A stretch of 64,000 nucleotides of DNA from NCBI GenBank assembly GCA_009784895.1, contig WQXJ01000005.1, positions 3,495-67,494 on the forward strand. The letters run 5' to 3'. Within the stretch, counting starts at the first letter, position 1; each line of letters opens with the position of its first letter. Origin of the DNA: Micrococcales bacterium (GTDB lineage Bacteria > Actinomycetota > Actinomycetes > Actinomycetales > WQXJ01). Of the stretch, positions 8,639-18,403 are shown piece by piece. The notes under the pieces are model-generated. The model was not told the DNA's origin and searched no databases. It saw only the letters and a list, made by a program, of their open reading frames with translations. The translations under genes and the position numbers were made by a program.

Positions 8639-10621
8639 GTGAGCGAAGAAAAGAAGCAGCATCCTCTGAAGAAGCCAACGGCGCGCACAGTTTGGCGCGC
8701 GCCTTGGCTTTGGATCATGGTCATGATGCTGATGGTTTGGCTGGTCGCCCGGTCAATGCTGGCACCGTCACCGTCCAAAATCGACACCTCAGATGGGCTC
8801 GCGCTGCTGGCCAGTGGCAATGTCGCCTCGGTCAAGGTGGTCGACGGCGAGCAGCGGGTCGAAATGAAGCTGGACAAGGACTTCAAGGACAAGGGCAAGG
8901 TGGTTGAGTTCTTCTACGTTGTGCCCCAAGGTCCAGACGTGGTGGCAGCAGTGGCCAAGGCTGATCCAAAAGGCGGTTTCAATTCTGAGGTGCCATCGCA
9001 GTCGTGGTGGGGCTCTCTACTAATGACGATGGTGCCGCTGCTGCTAATCCTGGGCCTGTTCTGGTTTGTCATGAGCCAGATGCAAGGAGGCGGCTCACGC
9101 GGCGTTATGGGCTTTGGCAAGTCGAAGGCCAAACTGGTTTCGAAAGAGTCACCCAAGGTCACTTTCGCTGATGTGGCCGGTGTCAACGAGGCGGTCGAGG
9201 AACTTGAGGAAATCAAGGAGTTTCTGGCTGAGCCGGCCAAATTCCAGGCTGTTGGCGCCAAAATCCCGCGGGGTGTGCTGCTTTACGGTCCACCAGGAAC
9301 CGGCAAGACCTTGCTGGCCCGGGCTGTGGCCGGCGAGGCCCAGGTGCCGTTCTACTCGATTTCCGGCTCGGACTTTGTTGAGATGTTCGTTGGCGTGGGC
9401 GCCTCACGGGTGCGCGACTTGTTTGAACAGGCCAAAGCCAATGCCCCGGCGATCGTTTTTGTCGATGAGATCGACGCCGTTGGACGCCACCGCGGCGCTG
9501 GCCTTGGCGGTGGCCACGATGAACGCGAACAGACTCTGAACCAACTGCTAGTGGAGATGGACGGATTCGACGCCACCACCAACGTCATTTTGATCGCGGC
9601 GACCAACCGGCCGGACATATTGGACCCGGCGCTGTTGCGGCCAGGCCGCTTTGACCGGCAAATCACAGTGGGGGCGCCGGATCTGAAAGGCCGGCAGGCC
9701 ATTTTGGAGGTGCACGCCAAAGGCAAGCCAATGGCCGATGACGTTGACTTGGCTTTGGTGGCCAAGCGAACGCCAGGTTTCACTGGCGCTGACCTGGCTA
9801 ATGTGCTCAATGAAGCGGCCTTGCTGACGGCCCGGGTGGGACAAGCCCAGATTTCGAACCACAACCTCGATGAGGCCATCGACCGGGTGGTGGCCGGGCC
9901 ACAACGCTCCTCAATGATCATGACTGAGGCTGAGAAGAAAAACACGGCCTATCACGAGGGCGGCCACGCCGTCGTGGCTACAGCCCTACGCAACACCGAT
10001 CCGGTGACCAAGGTTACGATCCTGCCGCGCGGGAGGGCTTTGGGCTACACCATGGTGATGCCAACTCAGGACAAGCATTCGGTTACCCGCAACGAGTTGC
10101 TGGACCAACTGGCCTACGCCATGGGCGGGCGCGTGGCCGAGGAAATGATTTTCCACGATCCAACGACCGGGGCTTCGAACGACATCGAAAAAGCCACCCA
10201 AACCGCTCGCAAGATGGTAACCGAGTTTGGCATGAGCGCCACGCTGGGGGCGGTTCGCTACGGTCAGGGTGAAGGCGAGGTCTTTCTGGGCCGCGACTAT
10301 GGTCACCAGCGTGATTACTCCGAGGCGGTGGCGGCTTCGATCGATTCAGAGGTCCGGGCGCTAATTGAGCAGGCCCACACCGAGGCCTGGCAAATCCTGG
10401 TGGAAAACCGTCAGGTTTTGGACCGTTTGGTCCTGGAGCTGTTGGAGAAGGAGACTCTGAACGAAAGCCAGCTGGCAGTTGTCTTCGAGGGCATCATCAA
10501 ACGCGATCACCGTCCGGTCTGGCTGTCATCTGAAGAACGGCCGGTTTCAACCGACGGCCCGGTGCTGACCCCGACCGAGCGCCACGGCGATCAAGCCAGC
10601 GGGTCTAAGGAAGCTCCGTGA
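8639..10621 (+). CDS. ftsH: ATP-dependent zinc metalloprotease FtsH
   Basis: Two N-terminal TM segments, Walker [19 protein letters not shown], second region of homology, and Zn motif HEGGHAV. Confidence 0.95.
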   Translation: MSEEKKQHPLKKPTARTVWRAPWLWIMVMMLMVWLVARSMLAPSPSKIDTSDGLALLASGNVASVKVVDGEQRVEMKLDKDFKDKGKVVEFFYVVPQGPDVVAAVAKADPKGGFNSEVPSQSWWGSLLMTMVPLLLILGLFWFVMSQMQGGGSRGVMGFGKSKAKLVSKESPKVTFADVAGVNEAVEELEEIKEFLAEPAKFQAVGAKIPRGVLLYGPPGTGKTLLARAVAGEAQVPFYSISGSDFVEMFVGVGASRVRDLFEQAKANAPAIVFVDEIDAVGRHRGAGLGGGHDEREQTLNQLLVEMDGFDATTNVILIAATNRPDILDPALLRPGRFDRQITVGAPDLKGRQAILEVHAKGKPMADDVDLALVAKRTPGFTGADLANVLNEAALLTARVGQAQISNHNLDEAIDRVVAGPQRSSMIMTEAEKKNTAYHEGGHAVVATALRNTDPVTKVTILPRGRALGYTMVMPTQDKHSVTRNELLDQLAYAMGGRVAEEMIFHDPTTGASNDIEKATQTARKMVTEFGMSATLGAVRYGQGEGEVFLGRDYGHQRDYSEAVAASIDSEVRALIEQAHTEAWQILVENRQVLDRLVLELLEKETLNESQLAVVFEGIIKRDHRPVWLSSEERPVSTDGPVLTPTERHGDQASGSKEAP

Positions 10622-11202
10622 ACCAGGTGGCCGGGCAGTTTGACGCCGCCCGGGTCGAGGCCGCCGTGCGTGAACTTCTCACCGGAATTGGCGAAGATCC
10701 TGATAGGGAGGGCCTGCGCCAAACCCCGGGCCGGGTGGCCAGGGCGGCTAGGGAGATCTTCGATGGTCTGGGCCGCGACCCGCGGGCCGAGCTCCAAGCC
10801 GTTTTCGACGTTGGCCATCAAGAGTTTGTACTGGTCAAGGACATTGCCTTCTATTCGATGTGCGAACACCACCTGATGCCCTTCCACGGCTCGGCTCATG
10901 TTGGCTACATCCCCGGCCCGGATGGCCGGATCACTGGGCTGTCCAAACTGGCCCGTCTGGTCGACATTCTGGCTAAGCGCCTCCAAGTACAAGAGCGCCT
11001 GACCAGCGAGGTGGCTGATTCGGTGATGGAGTGCCTGGGCGCACGCGGCGCTATTGCCGTGATCGAAGCCGAACATCTGTGCATGTCGATGCGCGGCGTC
11101 AAGGCGCCCGGCGCCAAGACCGTCACCAGCGCGGTGCGCGGCATGCTGCGCTCGGCCGCCACCCGGGCCGAGGCCATGAGCCTGATCCTGGGCCAGCCTT
11201 GA
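10618..11202 (+). CDS. folE: GTP cyclohydrolase I
   Basis: [10 protein letters not shown] and the VQERLT motif. The GTGA overlap links it to the ftsH stop. Confidence 0.9.
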   Translation: MNQVAGQFDAARVEAAVRELLTGIGEDPDREGLRQTPGRVARAAREIFDGLGRDPRAELQAVFDVGHQEFVLVKDIAFYSMCEHHLMPFHGSAHVGYIPGPDGRITGLSKLARLVDILAKRLQVQERLTSEVADSVMECLGARGAIAVIEAEHLCMSMRGVKAPGAKTVTSAVRGMLRSAATRAEAMSLILGQP

Positions 11203-12059
11203 TGCTGCGGCCGGCGCCGCTGCCTGGGGCTTTGGCCGCCTTGGAGCGTCCGCTGGTGATGGGGATATGTAACGTCACGCCAGATTCGTTTTCCGATGCC
11301 GGCCAGAGCCTCAGCCTCGAAGCGGCGGTCGAGCACTGCCAGGCCATGTTGGACCAGGGCGCTGACCTGGTTGACATTGGCGGCGAATCGACCCGGCCGG
11401 GCGCCGGCAGGGTGGCACCAAGCGAAGAATTGGGTCGGGTCATCCCGGTAATCAGGCGTCTAGCCAGCCAGGGCGCGGCGATCTCGGTTGACACCACACG
11501 GGCGGCGGTGGCGGCGGCCGCGGTCGAGGCCGGCGCCATCGTCATCAACGACGTTTCCGGTGGCCTGGCAGACCCAGCCATGTTTGGTGTCATGGCAGCC
11601 ACCGGTGTGGTTTCGGTGTTGGCACACTGGCGGGCGCCTTCAGCACAAATGGACGCCTGCGACCGCTACAACGATGCGGCCGGCGAGGTTTGCGCCGAAC
11701 TGGCCGCCCGCCTGGCGGCGGCAGTTGCCGCTGGTGTCAAGGCCGAGGCCGTGGTGCTCGACCCGGGTCTGGGTTTCGCCAAAGTGGGCCACACAAACTG
11801 GCAGGTCTTGGCCGGCTGGGACCGGTTAGCGGCACTGGGCCTCCCGCTCCTGGTGGGGGCCTCGCGTAAGCGTTTCTTGCGCCTACCGCTTGGGTTCGAG
11901 CCCCAAGCCGGGCCCAAGTGGGATCAGCTAGACCAGGCCACGGCCACAATCTCGGCTATGTTGACCAAGGCCGGTGTTTGGGGCTTGCGGGTCCACAACG
12001 TCCCGCTGACGCGTCAGGCCATCGCCATGGCAGCTGCCATGGCCACGCCCCCGGCCTGA
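11202..12059 (+). CDS. folP: Dihydropteroate synthase
   Basis: MGICNVTPDSFSDAG and DIGGESTRPGA motifs. The ATG at 11202 overlaps the folE stop by 1 nt. The track ORF start at 11031 lies inside folE. Confidence 0.9.
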   Translation: MLRPAPLPGALAALERPLVMGICNVTPDSFSDAGQSLSLEAAVEHCQAMLDQGADLVDIGGESTRPGAGRVAPSEELGRVIPVIRRLASQGAAISVDTTRAAVAAAAVEAGAIVINDVSGGLADPAMFGVMAATGVVSVLAHWRAPSAQMDACDRYNDAAGEVCAELAARLAAAVAAGVKAEAVVLDPGLGFAKVGHTNWQVLAGWDRLAALGLPLLVGASRKRFLRLPLGFEPQAGPKWDQLDQATATISAMLTKAGVWGLRVHNVPLTRQAIAMAAAMATPPA

Positions 12060-12091
12060 ACCACCGGCGCAAAAATCGGTCAGCTCGCTAG

Positions 12092-13795
12092 ATGGGCGAG
12101 TCGCAACACCACGACCGTCGCTCTAGGGTGGATCATTGGCCCATGCACCCATTGCGGGGTGGGAATGGAGAGCCCCTCGACGTCCTTGAGCTGAAAGGTA
12201 TCAGCGCGTGTGGCTTCCATGGTTTGCTGCCGGAGGAAAGAGCCAGCGGCCAGGCTTTCGTAGCTGATGTCTCGCTACATTTGAACACTTCTGCCGCGGC
12301 CGAGACCGATTCGATTGAGCACAGCGTTGACTACGCCAAGGTCTGCCAGGACGTTACTCGCGTCATCGGCGGCAAACCTTACAACCTGCTTGAAACCCTG
12401 GCCCAGGCCATCGCCGGCGTGGTCTTGACGAACCCATCCGTCGAGGTGGCCGATGTCGCGCTGCACAAGCCTTGGGCGCCAATTGGCGTGCCGGTTGACG
12501 ATGTCGTCTTGCGGGTCAGGCGCCAACGCCGCGGGCGGCATGTAGTCGAAGACCCGCCCGGACCGGAAGCCTTGGACTACCAGTTGTTCGAAGGCGAGCC
12601 AGCACCGCCAGGCCAAGTCGATCCGGGCCCCGCCCCCACTTTGGTCCGCGCTGAAGACCAGGAAGCTGCGGCCGGGCCGCATTTGACAGGCAACTGGGGG
12701 CAGCAGCCGGACGGCACCGCGCCAGCCCCTGCCCGCCCCAGCCGGGCCACGGCCACCTGGGAGACTCGACCGGCCAAGTGGTCGTACTCCTCAAAATGGC
12801 GCCGCTGGGAAGCCGAGCCCGCCCAGGCCTCAAATCAGCCCAGCACTAGGCCACCGTGGTTGGCCTTTCACCCCCATTTGCCTGTTGGCCAAGCCGCGCC
12901 GCCTGGGCCTTGGACCCCGCAGGTGCCACCGGAACAGGTCGTATCAGAGCCATCGACTCTAATCCCCTCCACCTGGTCTCAGCCCGTCGAACCAGATGGA
13001 CCTAGCGATGTGCCACCTCTCGAGGCGCCAAATGTGACCGTTGGGCCACCACCGGCCGAATCGCTAGTCGACACCACGACCATGGCGCCGGCCGAACCCC
13101 TGGCCAGGACTCTGGCCGAAGACCCAGCCCAACCTCCAGCCATGACCCAGGCCCAGGCGAACTTCGATTGGGCTTTGGTTGATTCGCTTGATCAACGGCC
13201 CAGCGAACCGGTCGACGCGATTGTGGCGCTGGGAGCCAACGTTGGTGACGCCTTGGCCACGCTGCGCAGCGCCATCGACGCCTTGCGCGCGCTCAACGGG
13301 CTGTGGGTGGTCGGAATCTCGCCGCTGGCCCGCACCGCCCCGGTTGGCGCTGAAGATCAACCTGAGTTTTTCAACGCCGTGGTCCATGTCCGCACGGACC
13401 TATCGGCCCGGTCGCTTTTCCGGTTGCTGGCACTGATCGAGGACGCCCACGGCCGTGTCCGCCACCAAGAGTGGGGGCCGCGCACGCTTGACCTCGACTT
13501 GATCGCTTACGACTGCCTGATTGCCGGGGATGACGAACTGACCGTGCCGCATCCCAGGGCACACCAGCGGGCCTTCGTCTTGCTGCCCTGGGCCTATATG
13601 TATCGACGGGCATTTTTGCCGGGCGTTGACGGCGGCATGGTGGCGGCGCTGGCGGCCAAAGCGCCAGACCGGGCCGGCGTGCGCTGGCTGGCGACTGATT
13701 GGATCAACACTGATCAAGTTGTCACCGGCGGCTACAACCAGTTTGGCACCGGTGACCAGACCGCCTTCGCCGCCTGGGGTGCCTGGGCCAGCTGA
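12092..13795 (+). CDS. folB-folK: Fusion protein: dihydroneopterin aldolase (FolB) + ~230-aa Pro-rich linker + 6-hydroxymethyl-dihydropterin pyrophosphokinase (FolK)
   Basis: FolB part (about aa 31-142): LELKGISACGFHGLLPEERASGQAFVADVSL...DYAKV. FolK part (from about aa 375): DAIVALGANVGD...GPRTLDLDLI...VPHPRAHQRAFVLLPW. There is no in-frame stop between them. The true start may be the ATG at 12143. Confidence 0.8.
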   Translation: MGESQHHDRRSRVDHWPMHPLRGGNGEPLDVLELKGISACGFHGLLPEERASGQAFVADVSLHLNTSAAAETDSIEHSVDYAKVCQDVTRVIGGKPYNLLETLAQAIAGVVLTNPSVEVADVALHKPWAPIGVPVDDVVLRVRRQRRGRHVVEDPPGPEALDYQLFEGEPAPPGQVDPGPAPTLVRAEDQEAAAGPHLTGNWGQQPDGTAPAPARPSRATATWETRPAKWSYSSKWRRWEAEPAQASNQPSTRPPWLAFHPHLPVGQAAPPGPWTPQVPPEQVVSEPSTLIPSTWSQPVEPDGPSDVPPLEAPNVTVGPPPAESLVDTTTMAPAEPLARTLAEDPAQPPAMTQAQANFDWALVDSLDQRPSEPVDAIVALGANVGDALATLRSAIDALRALNGLWVVGISPLARTAPVGAEDQPEFFNAVVHVRTDLSARSLFRLLALIEDAHGRVRHQEWGPRTLDLDLIAYDCLIAGDDELTVPHPRAHQRAFVLLPWAYMYRRAFLPGVDGGMVAALAAKAPDRAGVRWLATDWINTDQVVTGGYNQFGTGDQTAFAAWGAWAS

Positions 13796-13871
13796 GCTGA
13801 CTCTGTGTGCTTGGCCGGCCCAAGGGCCGCCACTCTTAGTGGGCGAGTAAGCCGGTGCCAGTTGCCCACCA

Positions 13872-14396
13872 GTGACTTGGGGCACTGGGGTCAAACTAGG
13901 ATTGGGAACTGTGCAGCCAACCAAATGGTCCACTATCGCCGTCACGGTGGTGGTTAGCGGTGTGGTCGCATGGGCCGGCCTCGATCTGACGGCCAGCCGG
14001 GCCGCCCGTTTTACCCAGGTGCCCTGGACCGTGCCGGCAGCACTGGTGGTAGTGGCGGTAGTAGTGGTGCTCCTGGCCTGGCCCGTCAGGCAATACGTCA
14101 AGGGCAAACGCCGCCAGGTTGACCGCCTGCGGGCTGCCACGGTGGTGGCCTTGGGCAAGGCCTGCACCTTGGCTGGCTCGGCTCTAAGTGGTTTGTACGG
14201 CGCGGTCACGCTCACCCTAATGGCCAAAGTCATCGACGGGGCGCCCGGGCGGTGGGCCTGGCAGGCAGGGGCGGCCTTACTGGGCGCGATTGTGCTAACA
14301 GTCGGTGGCCGGCTGACGGAGTGGTTCTGCCAGCTGCCGCCCAGCGAAGGGCCGCCTGAGACACAGCCAGACGGCTCGCATCCACAAGCGGCTTGA
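13872..14396 (+). CDS. DUF3180 family integral membrane protein
   Basis: Four hydrophobic segments, at the conserved position after folK in actinobacteria. An alternative GTG start at 13911 is possible. Confidence 0.6.
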   Translation: MTWGTGVKLGLGTVQPTKWSTIAVTVVVSGVVAWAGLDLTASRAARFTQVPWTVPAALVVVAVVVVLLAWPVRQYVKGKRRQVDRLRAATVVALGKACTLAGSALSGLYGAVTLTLMAKVIDGAPGRWAWQAGAALLGAIVLTVGGRLTEWFCQLPPSEGPPETQPDGSHPQAA

Positions 14397-14411
14397 GGAA
14401 AAGGGGAGAAA

Positions 14412-15332
14412 GTGCAACGACAACCGGTAGCTTTTGGCCTGATCGGCGTGGGCCGGGTGGGCGGCCCCATTAGCCGGGCCCTGTCCGATGCCGGCTACCC
14501 GGTCGTTGGCGTCAGCGCTTACGACGAGGAGTCCCGCGAGCGGGCCGAGGTCATGCTGCCCGGTGTGCCGCTGCTTGAGGCGGCCGAGGTGGTAGACAAG
14601 GCCGCCTTGGTCTGGCTGACGGTGTCCGATGACGCCATCACGCCGTTGTGCCAAGAACTGGCCTCAAGCTGGCGGCCGGGCCAGGTAGTCGTCCACGCCT
14701 CTGGTGCCAGGGGTTTAGCGGCCCTAGCACCGGCGGCCAGGGCCGGGGCTATCACCTTGGCCATCCACCCGGCCATGACCTTCACCGGCACTTCTATCGA
14801 TGTGGTCAAAATGCACCAGGCCCCCTTTGCCATCACCACACCGGTGGGCTTAGAGCCGTTGGCCGAGGCTTTGGTCCAGGCCCTAGGCGGCTGGCCTTTT
14901 GTGGTCCACGAGTCGGACAGGCCGCTCTACCACACCGCCCTGGCCCACTTGTCCAATCACCTGGTCACCTTGGTAGACCAGGCCAGGCAACTGATCCAGA
15001 CGATCACCGGGGCTGATCCGCACGACCTGCTTGAACCCTTGGCTTTGGCCAGTCTGGAAGCGGCCTTACGCCACGGTATCGACGGACTATCCGGTGCGGT
15101 CTCTAGAGGCGATGTCACCACTTTGGTGACTCATCGCCAGGCTTTGGAAAACTGGGCGGCTAGCCGCGGCGGTCTAGTTAGCGGCGAGGTGGCGCTGGAT
15201 GACCGGGCCAGCGCGGCGCTGGACACCGTTCGGACCTACCGGGAGCTGGCCCTGATGACGGCCCGGGCAGCTGAGCGGGCCGGGCGGATTGACGCTGCCG
15301 CGGTCGAGGCTATTGGGCAGGCGTTGGACTGA
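14412..15332 (+). CDS. Rossmann-fold oxidoreductase-like protein (DUF2520 type, Rv3603c-like)
   Basis: N-terminal dinucleotide-binding fold FGLIGVGRVGGPISRAL. Strong RBS AAGGGGAG lies upstream. It sits at the conserved position upstream of panC. Confidence 0.65.
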   Translation: MQRQPVAFGLIGVGRVGGPISRALSDAGYPVVGVSAYDEESRERAEVMLPGVPLLEAAEVVDKAALVWLTVSDDAITPLCQELASSWRPGQVVVHASGARGLAALAPAARAGAITLAIHPAMTFTGTSIDVVKMHQAPFAITTPVGLEPLAEALVQALGGWPFVVHESDRPLYHTALAHLSNHLVTLVDQARQLIQTITGADPHDLLEPLALASLEAALRHGIDGLSGAVSRGDVTTLVTHRQALENWAASRGGLVSGEVALDDRASAALDTVRTYRELALMTARAAERAGRIDAAAVEAIGQALD

Positions 15333-15333
15333 A

Positions 15334-16194
15334 GTGGCAGGCAGCGAACCTCTGCTGGCCCAAACCCAAGCCGAATTGGACCAGGCCCTGGGTTCTTCTC
15401 GGCGCACTGTGGTGATGACAATGGGGGCGTTGCACCAAGGCCATTTAGACTTGGTCGACCGGGCCGCCCAGTTGGGCGGTCAGCTAGTAGTAACGATCTT
15501 TGTCAATCCCTTACAGTTTGGGTCGGGTGAAGATTTCGAGACCTACCCGCGCCCCTTGGCAGCCGATCTGGCGGCCCTAAAAGGCCGGGGAGTGGCGGTG
15601 GTCTTTGCGCCAACGGTGGCGGAGATGTATCCCCGGGGCCAGGTCGCGGTTTCGGTCAGTACCGGGCGGCTGGGCCAAGTCTTTGAGGGAGCGGCCAGAC
15701 CAACCCATTTCGACGGCGCCATGACAGTGGTACTGAAGCTGTTGCAGCGTACTAGAGCGTCAACGGCCATATTTGGCCAAAAAGACGCCCAACAGCTGGC
15801 CTTGATCCGGCAGATGGTGGCTGACCTGGACCTAGGTGTCAAAATCGTGGCCGTTCCGACCCGGCGCGAGGCGGACGGACTGGCCATGTCTTCCCGCAAC
15901 CGGTACCTTGACCCGGCCCAGCGCCTAAACGCCCTGGCCCTGCCGCGAGCCTTGGCAGCCGGCGTCGAGGCGGCCGGGCGGGGCGAAGCAGCCCCGGCCG
16001 TACTTCAGGCCGCTCGGCAGCGCCTTGGCCCGATGGGGCAGGGGATGGCCTTGGACTATCTCGAACTAGTCGAACCGGCCGGATTCGAAAAAGTTGACGC
16101 CACCTACGGTGGACCGGGCCTGATCATCGCTGCTCTGAAGCTTGGACAGACCCGGCTAATCGACAACGCACCCATTACTCTGGGCAACCGGTGA
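15334..16194 (+). CDS. panC: Pantoate--beta-alanine ligase
   Basis: MGALHQGHLDLV (HxGH) and FGQKDAQQL motifs. The GTG at 15334 follows the upstream stop at 15330-15332. The track ORF starts at 15289. Confidence 0.9.
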   Translation: MAGSEPLLAQTQAELDQALGSSRRTVVMTMGALHQGHLDLVDRAAQLGGQLVVTIFVNPLQFGSGEDFETYPRPLAADLAALKGRGVAVVFAPTVAEMYPRGQVAVSVSTGRLGQVFEGAARPTHFDGAMTVVLKLLQRTRASTAIFGQKDAQQLALIRQMVADLDLGVKIVAVPTRREADGLAMSSRNRYLDPAQRLNALALPRALAAGVEAAGRGEAAPAVLQAARQRLGPMGQGMALDYLELVEPAGFEKVDATYGGPGLIIAALKLGQTRLIDNAPITLGNR

Positions 16195-16242
16195 TTCTCA
16201 CCGGCAGCCCAGAACAGGAGCAGCGCTATCTGGTCGCATCTT

Positions 16243-16270
16243 CGCGGGTAGCCGCTTGACGGCTACCGCG
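16243..16270 (+). terminator. GC-rich hairpin downstream of panC (candidate intrinsic terminator)
   Basis: CGCGGGTAGCCG cttga CGGCTACCGCG forms 11 bp with one bulge. No clear U-tract follows. Confidence 0.4.
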
Positions 16271-16281
16271 TGCGACACGAC

Positions 16282-16305
16282 GGAGGGTGTTTTTCAACAC
16301 CCTCC
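16282..16305 (+). promoter_or_regulatory. Perfect 10-bp hairpin containing an SD-like GGAGGG, in the lysS leader
   Basis: GGAGGGTGTT tttc AACACCCTCC. The track's lysS start (GTG 16287) lies inside the left arm. Confidence 0.35.
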
Positions 16306-17846
16306 TGACCCCCGCTAATCTGGTGGGCGTGAATTCGAGCCCGCCCAGTGGTGGATCCGACCTTCAAGACCTGTCAGAACACCAGCAGGTGCGGCGGGCC
16401 AAACGCCAAGCCATTTTGGATCGGGGCGAAGAGGCCTACCCGGCGGCGGTGCCAATCGACAGCTCAATTGCTGCTGTGAGGGCCGCGCACGGTGGTCTTG
16501 AGCCCGGCACCTACACCGGTGAGATCGTTGGCCTGGCCGGGCGGGTGATGTATCTGCGCAACACTGGCAAGCTCTGCTTCGCCACGCTGCAAGATGGGGC
16601 CGGCTTGCGCCTCCAGGCCATGATCTCCCTAGCCGAGGTTGGCGCCGAATCGCTAGCCAGTTACAAAGCCGAGGTTGACCTGGGCGACCACCTGTTTGTA
16701 CACGGTCAGGTGATCACCTCCAAAAGAGGCGAGTTATCAGTATTGGCTGACAGGTGGACCATGGCGGCCAAAGCCTTGCGGCCCTTGCCAGTGTTGCACT
16801 CAGAGCTATCGGACGAATCGCGCATACGTGACCGGACGGCTGATCTGATAGTGCGCCAAGCCGCCCGGGACATTGCCCGCCAGCGCTCGCAATTGGTCCG
16901 TTCGGTCCGGGGCACAATGCATGGTCTGGGTTATGACGAAATCGAGACCCCGGTGTTGCAGACGGTTCACGGCGGTGCCCTGGCCCGGCCCTTCACCACC
17001 CACATCAACGCATACGGCATCGACCTGTATCTACGTATCGCCACCGAACTGTTCCTAAAGCGGGCCATGATTGGTGGGCTGGACAAGGTTTTCGAGGTTG
17101 GCAAGATCTTCCGCAACGAGGGAGCCGATTCAACCCACGCCCCAGAGTTCACCTCGATCGAGGTCTATGAGGCCTACGGCGACTACGACACAATGGCCAC
17201 CCTAACCCGGCAGATTGTGCAGGACGCAGCCGTGGCGGTGACCGGCTCGACCACTGTGACTTGGAGCACCGATGGCCGGGTAATAGACCTAGGTGGCGAA
17301 CAATGGCGCCAGATTTCTTTCTTTGGCTCGCTCAGCCAGGCCTTGGGCGAGTCAATTGGACCGGACACCAGCCGCGAAGAATTGGCCAAGAAGGCCCAGC
17401 GCCTCGAAGTCGAAGTCTCACCGGCCGCCGGCTCCGGCCAGCTGGCTGAGGCCCTGTTCGAACACCTTCTGGGTGATCAACTGGACCAGCCGACCTTTGT
17501 GCGAGACTTCCCGATTGACACTTCCCCGTTGACGCGGGCGCATCGTTCAACCCCTGGTGTGGCCGAAAAGTGGGATCTGTACATTGGCGGTCTCGAACTG
17601 GCTACCGCCTATAGCGAGTTAGTCGACCCGGTGATCCAACGCCAGCGGTTCGAGGCCCAGGCGGCTTTGGCCGCGGCCGGCGACCCTGAGGCCATGCGGC
17701 TCGACCAGGACTTCCTCGACGCCATGGAATACGGAATGCCGCCGGCTGGCGGCATGGGAATGGGCATCGACCGCCTGATGATGGTGTTGACCGGACTGGG
17801 CATTCGAGAGACAACTCTGTTCCCAATCGTGAAACCCCTGAACTGA
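16287..17846 (+). CDS. lysS: Lysine--tRNA ligase (class II)
   Basis: Class II motifs include FRNEGADSTHAPEFTSIEVYEAY and GMGIDRLMM. The start is uncertain: in-frame GTGs at 16323 and 16329 lie outside the hairpin. Confidence 0.9.
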   Translation: MFFNTLLTPANLVGVNSSPPSGGSDLQDLSEHQQVRRAKRQAILDRGEEAYPAAVPIDSSIAAVRAAHGGLEPGTYTGEIVGLAGRVMYLRNTGKLCFATLQDGAGLRLQAMISLAEVGAESLASYKAEVDLGDHLFVHGQVITSKRGELSVLADRWTMAAKALRPLPVLHSELSDESRIRDRTADLIVRQAARDIARQRSQLVRSVRGTMHGLGYDEIETPVLQTVHGGALARPFTTHINAYGIDLYLRIATELFLKRAMIGGLDKVFEVGKIFRNEGADSTHAPEFTSIEVYEAYGDYDTMATLTRQIVQDAAVAVTGSTTVTWSTDGRVIDLGGEQWRQISFFGSLSQALGESIGPDTSREELAKKAQRLEVEVSPAAGSGQLAEALFEHLLGDQLDQPTFVRDFPIDTSPLTRAHRSTPGVAEKWDLYIGGLELATAYSELVDPVIQRQRFEAQAALAAAGDPEAMRLDQDFLDAMEYGMPPAGGMGMGIDRLMMVLTGLGIRETTLFPIVKPLN

Positions 17847-17993
17847 ACTACCGCTACCTTCTCTGCTCCACCTGTTTCCCTCCACTCGGTTCAAAGCCCC
17901 ACCGCCCTCGACGTGGCCCCTACCAGCGGAAACATGCCGCTGCCCGCCATCGGCCATTTCCAAAACGGGGGCTAATCATTGGTTTTCAACAGC

Positions 17994-17999
17994 TATAAT
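17994..17999 (+). promoter_or_regulatory. Candidate -10 element (perfect TATAAT) upstream of lsr2
   Basis: TATAAT sits in an AT-rich stretch 62 nt upstream of the lsr2 ATG. No good -35 is visible. RBS GGAG lies at 18049-18052. Confidence 0.35.
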
Positions 18000-18061
18000 G
18001 TTCAGGGCCGGAAAACCTGAACCGGCCACCCAAATATCGATGACGAATTGGAGTTGTATTC

Positions 18062-18388
18062 ATGGCGCAACGCGTGCAGGTACTCCTGGTCGACGACCTT
18101 GACGGTTCGACGGCCACGGAGACGGTGACTTTTGGACTTGATGGAGTTACCTTTGAAATCGATCTAGCCCAGCAAAATGCCGCCGATTTCAGGGCCGCGT
18201 TGGCTCCGTGGATCCAGGCTGGACGCAAGGTTGCCGGCAAGACCGGCCGGGCAGGTGCAACTCGCCGTCCGGTTGACGCCGAGACCGCTCGGATGCGTGA
18301 GTGGGCCAGGGCCAATGGCTACAAAGTTTCAGACCGAGGCCGGATCTCAGGCGAAATCCAAGCCGCCTACCGATCCGCCAACAGCTAG
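18062..18388 (+). CDS. lsr2: Nucleoid-associated protein Lsr2
   Basis: MAQRVQVLLVDDLDGSTATETVTFGLDGVTFEIDL...RMREWARANGYKVSDRGRISGEIQAAY matches a canonical Lsr2 dimerisation domain plus an AT-hook-like DNA-binding domain. Confidence 0.9.
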   Translation: MAQRVQVLLVDDLDGSTATETVTFGLDGVTFEIDLAQQNAADFRAALAPWIQAGRKVAGKTGRAGATRRPVDAETARMREWARANGYKVSDRGRISGEIQAAYRSANS

Positions 18389-18403
18389 ATAGCGGTGATA
18401 TAA

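Noticed and set aside
8145-8678. 177-aa minus-strand ORF opposite hpt, and similar long antisense ORFs at 18659-19252, 23045-23584, 40141-40665, 40836-41561, 42355-42927, 43254-43796, 45438-46079, 46158-46772 and 62256-63020
   Set aside because: Each is antisense to a gene with strong family motifs, and each has a His/Arg/Gly/Pro-rich composition without domains. These are standard high-GC shadow ORFs.
13400-14470. 356-aa minus-strand ORF
   Set aside because: It runs antisense across the folK 3' end, the DUF3180 gene and the start of the DUF2520 gene. It is Ala/Pro/Thr/Arg-rich with no recognisable motif, which marks it as a high-GC artefact.
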